DNA of 64,000 nucleotides from Albugo candida (Eukaryota): NCBI GenBank assembly GCA_040437565.1, contig JBDOQK010000002.1, positions 62,001 to 126,000 of the forward strand, read 5' to 3'. Shown piece by piece: positions 11,871 to 21,916 of this stretch (position 1 is its first letter; each line of letters starts with the position of its first letter). The notes under the pieces were generated by a model. It saw only the letters and a program-made list of their open reading frames with translations, ran no database searches and was not told where the DNA came from. The position numbers and the translations under genes were made by a program.

Positions 11871-14279
11871 TCAATCACTTTTCTCTTTCTCCGAGTCTTC
11901 TTTGTTGACCACTGCAGCAAGCTCTTCCGATAAATCACTACCCAAATGCCGTTTCCATCTCAGTTGATTCAGTACTCGAAACATGAAAGCTTTCGTATTC
12001 AATTGCAACTTTCCAAACGCTGTGGTTGGAAACGGTGCGGTGTCCAAGCACAAAACTCCAGGCACCGAGAACTTGTCACTAAATCCCATTCCAAATAGAA
12101 TCGCTCCAGGACCCCATTCCTTCACATATGAAGATAGCTGGTTCATAATAAGTCGTTTGCTCACAATTTGAGCGCCATAATAATTCTTCGCATCCATCCA
12201 TCGGATCGGCGTATCATTGATAATCACAGGATCCAGAAACAAGATATCAGGCGAGATAATGCGTCGACCGTACTTGGCTTCCTGTTCTTTCCCCAATTCT
12301 TCTTCGGTCCTGCGGAACCCGTAAGAAATTATAACACACGAATAATAATAATATAACTTACTTGAATCGAATGCCGTGACAATGAAGATAAGCTTTCAAC
12401 GTTTCTTCAAGAGATTGAACGTTGTATGAACGAGCCTCGAGAGATGGGTCACTGCGATGGATACTGTCAAATCTGGATGCACGCTTCAATTCTTCACAAT
12501 CCCGGGTGGAAAGATGATGGTTGGGCTCCCGTAAAGCGTTCTGCAGATAAGAATTAGATACTCAATAAGCGTCCCTAAAAAACTTCGAACCCTTATTTTG
12601 AAAGTAGAGAAGCCACGAGCTGCCAGAATCACACGCATCAACGACACTGGAGGATAATTATGAGCACTTCCAAGATCAATTAGACTCTTTCCGTTATTGT
12701 ATTCTTGCGAGATGCGATGCATATCCATTCTGACACGATGCGTATTCACGAGCAACGACATTCTTTGTAGTTGCTTTCTCAGATTAATTGTCATATTCGT
12801 TGTAATCGGAAGCATTTTCAACAATTTTTCGATTCGATGCACTTGTGATATATGTAATCGATGAAACGTTTCTTGCTGCAAAATCAGTCCTGCAGCTTGT
12901 GTTTCAAGCACTTGAGGGATCGGTTTAGTAGGCCAATTCAAAACGATTGGGTTCAAATCACCAAATTTCTTTTTGGCTGCTTTGATTGATTTCGGTGTTA
13001 TCGCTAGTCCAGCAGGACCGTTCCCATACACTTGCCACTGTAAGGAGGAGTAGACACTCGCCATCGCATAACAGGGATCCAAACCGACAGCTCTGACGCC
13101 TTCCATAACGGTTAAGGCCGGATCTTTACGATCAGACTCTAACGACGTGAGAGAAGGAATCTCAGGTTCGACGCCTGCAAGACGCATTTCCACCAGTAGA
13201 TCTAAGAAGATATCTGCTCGCCATACAATCGATGATCGATACAGCCAGTGCATGTACGTGTGAATGGAAATGGGTCGCATTCGTCGCAATTCTTTGAGTA
13301 CTTTGATAGCACCCTCCAAATAGTGTGCCCTGGTACAAATCTTGAGGATTGTATCTAACTCATCAAGACATAACGATACGTTTGCTTCTATCATTAATTG
13401 CCACAGTTCAATGACTTCTTCGGCAGCAGAGGTTTCATCGCACGTTTGCAATACTTTATGAAAGGTGGTAGGTTCCACGTGACGACCTTGGTTGAGAATA
13501 TCTTTCAGGATCGTGATGGCTTCTTTCGGTTTGTTTGCTTCACAGCAAGCGATCACACCTGGAAGAAGAAACTTTTCATCCAGACTTGAGTTCCCATATT
13601 TACGATACAGATCGAACAATTCATTTCCTTTTTCAAATGAATTGGATCGTAAGTCGGACAACAAAGTCGCTATCTCGGACATAACGGGAAGTTGCGTCTG
13701 TAGTTTGGAGATTTGGAGCAACTTTTCGATCACTACGTTACTTTTGGACTCCAATTGAGTAATTCGCAAGTTGTCATCCGGAAGTGATGGTGGTGTCGAG
13801 GGTTGAGGGGATGTCACCTCAGTTACGACTTCACTTGAAGCGGTCTCGGACTTTTCAACCTTCGATAGCTTAGCTGCGTTTTTGACGGGTCCATTCTCAA
13901 CCGTTATCTCTGTTGACGCTTTTGCACTCGTTTCCTCTTTTGCTTGTGGCTTCTGAGTAGCCGCCTTCTTCTTCTTGACAGACTTTTTACGCTTACTTTT
14001 ACTAGTTGTTGCACGTTCCGATTCTTTTGTAGTGGCAACGATTTCCTTTGACTCATTTGATATTGTGGCGACTTTCTGTGTATCCTTAGCGGTAGGCACA
14101 ATATCTGCGAGTAAATTCGGAACACTGGAGCAGAAGCGTAGTGGCAAACCACATGTAACCTTTGTAGCAGCGTAATTGGATTGAATACACTTTATCGAAC
14201 GTAACCTATGCTCCAAAGAAGAACGACTGTTGAGATCGTACGCTCTTCCACACGGTCGTGCCAAGCTACGTAGTCGCAT
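11871..14279 (-). CDS. Predicted mitochondrial PPR protein fused to a CDIN1/TPD-like PD-(D/E)xK nuclease domain (three exons)
   Basis: Arg/Ser-rich presequence and four tandem 34-35 aa PPR-like motifs (~13155-13571). GT-AG introns 12541-12590 and 12310-12361 keep the frame open into YPPVSLMR...FKTEEEL...SPDILF...WMDAKNYYG...QLSSYVKEWGPGAILF. Confidence 0.8.
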
Positions 14280-14383
14280 GACTGGTGCTACGAGCAAACT
14301 ACTCGATACCGGTTCAAGACGGGCTTTAGTAACATTACGAGTTCGGTATTACACAACAACACTCCGAAATTACGTTCCCTGCG

Positions 14384-16150
14384 TTATCGAATTTGTAACT
14401 CAGGACAGCCATCACCAGCTCGACGGACGGTAATATCTCTCACAAGTGATTCCGATAAAATGCCCGTTTTCATCAGCGATTTCATATGCAAAATCGGGTA
14501 GCCTCCAACACGTGATAATGACGCACCATCGATAGTGTCAGAATATTGCTCTGGATAATAATCCCTCAGCACATCCGCCTTCGAAATCTTATCCAATCCC
14601 GCGTGCCCCACCACATGAAATAGTGCATCAATATCATTCATCTTCATGTACGGACATGTAGCGCATCCACCGGCTGTTGAACATCCTTCCCCTCCAGCCA
14701 CACCCGGGACCAATTCCTCGGATTCTTTTGTAACTGCGTCCGCCGCAACGGGAAAGATTATTTCGACTTGAGGCTTGATGGAAGCCTGACTAGCTTGCAG
14801 CATAGTTTGCACACTCTTCACAATAGAAGTTATCATACCGGCTTCTGTTCCGAGCACAAAACGCAATGTCTCACTGGACGATCGATCGATCGCTTCCTTG
14901 GTCTTACTCCTAATAAAATTGAGGATGTTTGAAGTGGACCCCACAATTCCACGATCATTTTGCTTCAAGTTCAAATGTGATTATAAAAGTTTCAATAATA
15001 TAAAGGTGAGTACCTGAGCCTCAATAGCGAGCATGAACATTTCTCCAGGCACTTCAAAATGAGCTGTGTGGAATGCATCGTGATACTCCTCGCGCACTCG
15101 TTTTGTCACTTTGTCGCCAAACATATGATGCACCACGCAGTTTCCTTGCTTGAAGTATTCGAACCGTTGTATCAAATCCGAGATCCTGAGTTTACAAATC
15201 AGACACAAAATCGCCATATTCCATCCAATCGCCTTACGTTTTCTGGTTGTGTTTAGGATGGATATTTTTGATTTTTGAATCAGGAAGCTGTGCGAGATGC
15301 TCAAACATCTTCTCGAGATTTTCACCCATATAGGTGTCGGGACCATACCAAACCGTGAGATCTGGAACCTGTGCGAATGCTTGCAGGATTGTCTGCACCA
15401 CATTTGATGAGGTGCACGTGATGGTCGGGATTGTGTGGTGAGCGAAAGCCTTGCTTCGTAAGGAAGTGTTGATGTAGACGACATGCAAGCTGGATGGTGT
15501 CCGGGCTGCCTTTTGCAAAAAAGCCATATAAGCCTGTTTTTCAGCGGATTCCGCCAAGCTACAACCAATTTTTTGAGAGGAGAGGCGATATATTGGAAGA
15601 TGTGCAAACTCATTGGAATCCAGCGTCGCTCGAACACTTTCAGCCATGAAATCGACGCCAAGGACGGCAAGGGATCTAACACCTTCTGCAGCCATACGAT
15701 TGGCAGCTTCTCCCATCGCCAGAGAGTCTGCAATGAATGTGTGCGGCCATTTCAATGCATTTAGGATACCCTGTGAAACCACATCGTATAAAATACAAGA
15801 GGTCCTTTCTCGAGTACGAAAGCTACCTGGAGCTCAGGGTCCATGTAAAAATGTGCCACGATACCCATATTTTTCTCATGAAGTAACCTATCCAATTCAC
15901 TAACTAGTTCCTCGTCCGGCTTGAAATATTTTGCTTGTGCTTGCGCAAATGAACCTTTTGCAGATATATTCTGATCGCTTATCTGAAAACATGACGGTTA
16001 AGTGGTTAGAGGCACTGGAATGGAATCTTTGAATGTCCTGACCAAAATAGAAGGAAATGGCTGGTTCCAGCTCGCTGCAAGGGAGCTCGATGAGCGATTT
16101 ATCGTGGGGTGGGGACGTCTTGCTGTAGCACGTATTGCACGGGCCCACAT
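14384..16150 (-). CDS. nadA: Quinolinate synthase NadA (plant QS-like, no SufE domain), multi-exon, presequence-like N-terminus
   Basis: Motifs GIVAHFYMDPELQG, LGVDFMAESV, IGCSLAE, VVYINTSL, TCTSSN, GPDTYMGEN, GNCVVH, AHFEVP, VGSTSNI, LGTEAGM and CPYMKMN. Confidence 0.95.
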
Positions 16151-16231
16151 TTTCGATACTATCGTGCCGTTCCTTCTCATTGGTAAATGCGTACTGTAGT
16201 CGGCCTAATTTAAGCTCAGATGGAAAGTTCT

Positions 16232-17761
16232 CACACAATTGAGAAAGTATATATCAGTTCGTCTATATTCATTATCATTTTGGATGTATCTATATTATTT
16301 CTCACGCAGAATTAATGGAAGGCTCGAAATCGATGAGGAGCAAATTTTGACATGTCGAGTTCGGGAGTCCGTCCCACACAATTGAGAAAGTATATATCAG
16401 TTCGTCTATATTCATTATCATTTTGGATGTATCTATATTATTTCTCACGCAGAATTAATGGAAGGCTCGAAATCGATGAGGAGCAAATTTTGACATGTCG
16501 AGTTCGGGAGTCCGTCCCACACAATTGAGAAAGTATATATCAGTTCGTCTATATTCATTATCATTTTGGATGTATCTATATTATTTCTCACGCAGAATTA
16601 ATGGAAGGCTCGAAATCGATGAGGAGCAAATTTTGACATGTCGAGTTCGGGAGTCCGTCCCACACAATTGAGAAAGTATATATCAGTTCGTCTATATTCA
16701 TTATCATTTTGGATGTATCTATATTATTTCTCACGCAGAATTAATGGAAGGCTCGAAATCGATGAGGAGCAAATTTTGACATGTCGAGTTCGGGAGTCCG
16801 TCCCACACAATTGAGAAAGTATATATCAGTTCGTCTATATTCATTATCATTTTGGATGTATCTATATTATTTCTCACGCAGAATTAATGGAAGGCTCGAA
16901 ATCGATGAGGAGCAAATTTTGACATGTCGAGTTCGGGAGTCCGTCCNNNNNNNNNNNNNNNNNNNNNNNNNNNNNNNNNNNNNNNNNNNNNNNNNNNNNN
17001 NNNNNNNNNNNNNNNNNNNNNNNNNNNNNNNNNNNNNNNNNNNNNNCACACAATTGAGAAAGTATATATCAGTTCGTCTATATTCATTATCATTTTGGAT
17101 GTATCTATATTATTTCTCACGCAGAATTAATGGAAGGCTCGAAATCGATGAGGAGCAAATTTTGACATGTCGAGTTCGGGAGTCCGTCCCACACAATTGA
17201 GAAAGTATATATCAGTTCGTCTATATTCATTATCATTTTGGATGTATCTATATTATTTCTCACGCAGAATTAATGGAAGGCTCGAAATCGATGAGGAGCA
17301 AATTTTGACATGTCGAGTTCGGGAGTCCGTCCCACACAATTGAGAAAGTATATATCAGTTCGTCTATATTCATTATCATTTTGGATGTATCTATATTATT
17401 TCTCACGCAGAATTAATGGAAGGCTCGAAATCGATGAGGAGCAAATTTTGACATGTCGAGTTCGGGAGTCCGTCCCACACAATTGAGAAAGTATATATCA
17501 GTTCGTCTATATTCATTATCATTTTGGATGTATCTATATTATTTCTCACGCAGAATTAATGGAAGGCTCGAAATCGATGAGGAGCAAATTTTGACATGTC
17601 GAGTTCGGGAGTCCGTCCCACACAATTGAGAAAGTATATATCAGTTCGTCTATATTCATTATCATTTTGGATGTATCTATATTATTTCTCACGCAGAATT
17701 AATGGAAGGCTCGAAATCGATGAGGAGCAAATTTTGACATGTCGAGTTCGGGAGTCCGTCC
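16232..17761. repeat. 143-bp tandem array, 5 visible copies on each side of a 100-N gap
   Basis: Units start at 16232, 16375, 16518, 16661, 16804, then 17047, 17190, 17333, 17476, 17619. The unit is the last ~20 codons, stop and downstream flank of the DadA-like gene; no variable spacers. Confidence 0.95.
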
Positions 17762-19618
17762 AGAAATCACATCCGCCAGCAAAGCAGCCGCACCGAATGA
17801 GAGCAAAAATCCTCTGGACCCGTAGCCGCCGTTAACATAAATATTTGGAATTCGTGTGTGCCCAATAAGTGGAACATCGTCCGCGGTTGCGAGCTGACAG
17901 CCTACGTGCGTTTGCATTCTGCTAATATCCAAGTAACCCTCCGGGAAAAGCTCCTGCGCTTGGTTTAGCAGCATTTCGATGCGCTTTTGCTGGTGTGTGA
18001 AGGAAGTTTGTTTTGAAAACAAGCTGCTTCGCCGCGTCGTTCGTTCTGTTTCCTCCCCTTCTGTTCCTTCTTGAGGTTTTACGAAATCAAGTCCGCCAGA
18101 TATTCGCACCATACCCTCTAGAGGCGATACTAGTGTAACCCCTCCCACGTAGATGTTACGTTTGGGAGGTACGAATCCGTCACTTACTGGTACGGAAAGA
18201 ATGTATCCTTTGACGGGGTACATATACAATTCGAGTCCAGCGCGTTTTGCGACTGTTTTTGTTGAGTTACCGAGCGCCAAAACAAAATCGTCTCCCTCAA
18301 TTAATGATCCATTTCGCGTTTGTAGTGCAAAAGCGCGTTTACTATCGCATAAAAACTCTTGAATCTCGGTACCAAAACGAAACATGACGCCGAATCGAAG
18401 ACATAATTTATAAAGTCCTTCGCATAGCTTTTGCACATCACCGCTCGTTCCAGTCGAGCAAAGCAATGCACCGTGTTCCACAACCTCAGGAACAAGTGAA
18501 GGTTCCTCATCAAGTGCTTCAAATGAATCCAACATTTTGAGGGGCATGCCTATCTCATCCAAATGACGCTTTCGATCACTTTTTGCGATCCATTCGACGT
18601 CGCTTGGATTGGTTAATAGTTCAACAGTACCCGTGGCGATTGCCTCCATTTCCAGTACTTTGCCGTGAGAATTTTGCATTTCCTTCAAGATCTCCATACT
18701 ATAAAAGGCAAGTTGGCGTACCAAGCGCGCGTTTTCAGCACCACGCTGCTTTCCATTACTCAACAAATAATTCATTCCCCATTTCCAAAATGAGGGATCA
18801 CGTAACGTTTTAAACTCAACTTTTATTGGTATACTGGGTTTCCATTTACTTTTTGAGGTTTTAGCGGATATTGTAGGACGTAGCTGCATTAAGTTTTCGT
18901 CGTGAATTGTGTCATTATGGTTACGGTTTGGTGTTTTTGTATTGAATGCTTCCTTTGGCGTTTCAAGTATAACACTTTCAGGGTGACTGACTTCGGATGG
19001 TCGTGTTTGTGTAAAAAAACTTGAGATTGTAGTCCGACTAATAAATGAAGGGCGAATGGAAGCGCTAGCAGACCAGCGTGAGGATTTTGGTGATCGGTTT
19101 TTAAGTCGAAGAGAAGACCCCGTTCCATAGAGTGAGGGATCTAAAATTGCGCTATTACAATAACTCGACTGAGTCGCCACTGCTCTTTCTTTCTCAACAC
19201 AAAGAACCTCATGCCCTTGCTTTGCTAGATGGTAACATGTGAGGAGACCTACAATTCCTGCACCACAAACAATAATACGTTTCTTCTCGTCCGTCGAGGC
19301 TGTCAACGGCGATTCTACAGTAGCAGAAAGACGATGATCCCGAAGGTCTATACCTTCGGCAAGTTTGTCGTCTAGTGAGGGAATGAAATGGTGAGGGAAG
19401 TCACGTAGTGAATAATAAGTTTCATCTTGGATCATAGATCCTGTCGGAGTTGACTTATCCGAGGAGCCATCCTCATTATTATTCGATTGGTAGTTTTCTT
19501 TCATTACGTTTTCGTTGCTGACGGAAGGGTCGATTGTGTCGATCGGGTCTATTACACGCTCCGGTTGTGCATCATTACGACCATTTCCTTCCTTATAATC
19601 AGATTTGAGTAATACCAT
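17699..19618 (-). CDS. FAD-dependent D-amino acid dehydrogenase (DadA/DAO family)
   Basis: Motifs IIVCGAGIVGL (Rossmann fold), VATQSSYCNS, YPVKGY and ATADDVPLIG...NGGYGSRG. Confidence 0.9.
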   Translation of the reverse strand: MVLLKSDYKEGNGRNDAQPERVIDPIDTIDPSVSNENVMKENYQSNNNEDGSSDKSTPTGSMIQDETYYSLRDFPHHFIPSLDDKLAEGIDLRDHRLSATVESPLTASTDEKKRIIVCGAGIVGLLTCYHLAKQGHEVLCVEKERAVATQSSYCNSAILDPSLYGTGSSLRLKNRSPKSSRWSASASIRPSFISRTTISSFFTQTRPSEVSHPESVILETPKEAFNTKTPNRNHNDTIHDENLMQLRPTISAKTSKSKWKPSIPIKVEFKTLRDPSFWKWGMNYLLSNGKQRGAENARLVRQLAFYSMEILKEMQNSHGKVLEMEAIATGTVELLTNPSDVEWIAKSDRKRHLDEIGMPLKMLDSFEALDEEPSLVPEVVEHGALLCSTGTSGDVQKLCEGLYKLCLRFGVMFRFGTEIQEFLCDSKRAFALQTRNGSLIEGDDFVLALGNSTKTVAKRAGLELYMYPVKGYILSVPVSDGFVPPKRNIYVGGVTLVSPLEGMVRISGGLDFVKPQEGTEGEETERTTRRSSLFSKQTSFTHQQKRIEMLLNQAQELFPEGYLDISRMQTHVGCQLATADDVPLIGHTRIPNIYVNGGYGSRGFLLSFGAAALLADVISGRTPELDMSKFAPHRFRAFH

Positions 19619-21916
19619 TTCACTCGTCACTAATTTTTGTCAAAGTATATAGTGTGAATTTGATACTATGGTGAACGTATAGAGCCTGGATAATGCACGC
19701 CAAGTGCTACTGTAAAAAATTTTAAGGTGCAAAGACAGTCTGCTGAGGTGGTTTTTGGGACATGTTCGAATAGGCAATTAACACGTAGCCCGTAAGCTCT
19801 TTAAAATTTCTGCCTATTTGCAATCAGACCATAATGTCCAACGTACCGATCCTCTCTAATTTGATACCACGCAATCTGGTCCGAATACTCCGTCACTTGT
19901 AACCGTCCAGAACAGTTTTAACCTTAAACTTTGACAAGAGAGTTGTCCGAGTCCCAGCACAACCGCACGCACGTGATCGCCTACCCACAAAATTGAGCCG
20001 TTACTTCGCATTCTTAACTGTTGTCCGAAGATGTATAACTGATACGTGATTACGAAAAGACACAAATGACGGAATATCTTTCTCAATCCACGAATAAAAC
20101 CTTCCGTTCAACTCGTTCCAACCGCACTTCACTTCTCTCTGATGAATTTCTGGAGGGTTTTANNNNNNNNNNNNNNNNNNNNNNNNNNNNNNNNNNNNNN
20201 NNNNNNNNNNNNNNNNNNNNNNNNNNNNNNNNNNNNNNNNNNNNNNNNNNNNNNNNNNNNNNATCAAGTGCTTCAAATGAATCCAACATTTTGAGGGGCA
20301 TGCCTATCTCATCCAAATGACGCTTTCGATCACTTTTTGCGATCCATTCGACGTCGCTTGGATTGGTTAATAGTTCAACAGTACCCGTGGCGATTGCCTC
20401 CATTTCCAGTACTTTGCCGTGAGAATTTTGCATTTCCTTCAAGATCTCCATACTATAAAAGGCAAGTTGGCGTACCAAGCGCGCGTTTTCAGCACCACGC
20501 TGCTTTCCATTACTCAACAAATAATTCATTCCCCATTTCCAAAATGAGGGATCACGTAACGTTTTAAACTCAACTTTTATTGGTATACTGGGTTTCCATT
20601 TACTTTTTGAGGTTTTAGCGGATATTGTAGGACGTAGCTGCATTAAGTTTTCGTCGTGAATTGTGTCATTATGGTTACGGTTTGGTGTTTTTGTATTGAA
20701 TGCTTCCTTTGGCGTTTCAAGTATAACACTTTCAGGGTGACTGACTTCGGATGGTCGTGTTTGTGTAAAAAAACTTGAGATTGTAGTCCGACTAATAAAT
20801 GAAGGGCGAATGGAAGCGCTAGCAGACCAGCGTGAGGATTTTGGTGATCGGTTTTTAAGTCGAAGAGAAGACCCCGTTCCATAGAGTGAGGGATCTAAAA
20901 TTGCGCTATTACAATAACTCGACTGAGTCGCCACTGCTCTTTCTTTCTCAACACAAAGAACCTCATGCCCTTGCTTTGCTAGATGGTAACATGTGAGGAG
21001 ACCTACAATTCCTGCACCACAAACAATAATACGTTTCTTCTCGTCCGTCGAGGCTGTCAACGGCGATTCTACAGTAGCAGAAAGACGATGATCCCGAAGG
21101 TCTATACCTTCGGCAAGTTTGTCGTCTAGTGAGGGAATGAAATGGTGAGGGAAGTCACGTAGTGAATAATAAGTTTCATCTTGGATCATAGATCCTGTCG
21201 GAGTTGACTTATCCGAGGAGCCATCCTCATTATTATTCGATTGGTAGTTTTCTTTCATTACGTTTTCGTTGCTGACGGAAGGGTCGATTGTGTCGATCGG
21301 GTCTATTACACGCTCCGGTTGTGCATCATTACGACCATTTCCTTCCTTATAATCAGATTTGAGTAATACCATTTCACTCGTCACTAATTTTTGTCAAAGT
21401 ATATAGTGTGAATTTGATACTATGGTGAACGTATAGAGCCTGGATAATGCACGCCAAGTGCTACTGTAAAAAATTTTAAGGTGCAAAGACAGTCTGCTGA
21501 GGTGGTTTTTGGGACATGTTCGAATAGGCAATTAACACGTAGCCCGTAAGCTCTTTAAAATTTCTGCCTATTTGCAATCAGACCATAATGTCCAACGTAC
21601 CGATCCTCTCTAATTTGATACCACGCAATCTGGTCCGAATACTCCGTCACTTGTAACCGTCCAGAACAGTTTTAACCTTAAACTTTGACAAGAGAGTTGT
21701 CCGAGTCCCAGCACAACCGCACGCACGTGATCGCCTACCCACAAAATTGAGCCGTTACTTCGCATTCTTAACTGTTGTCCGAAGATGTATAACTGATACG
21801 TGATTACGAAAAGACACAAATGACGGAATATCTTTCTCAATCCACGAATAAAACCTTCCGTTCAACTCGTTCCAACCGCACTTCACTTCTCTCTGATGAA
21901 TTTCTGGAGGGTTTTA
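18509..21916. repeat. Exact direct duplication 18509-20162 = 20263-21916 across a 100-N gap
   Basis: Offset 1754; creates a partial second DadA-like copy and a Sec10 5' stub. Confidence 0.95.
20263..21372 (-). CDS. DadA-like 5' part, duplicate copy truncated by a gap
   Basis: Identical to 18509-19618; probable assembly duplicate. Confidence 0.5.

Noticed and set aside
16232-17761. CRISPR-like array
   Set aside because: Units are head-to-tail and identical with no unique spacers, no cas genes are present, and the context is eukaryotic.
16781-17835. Plus-strand ORFs MSSSGVRPTQLRK...
   Set aside because: By-products of the 143-bp repeat, antisense to the DadA-like 3' end.
20083-21384. 433-aa DadA paralog with a novel C-terminus
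   Set aside because: The ORF reads through Ns into the antisense Sec10 stub; overlap artefact.
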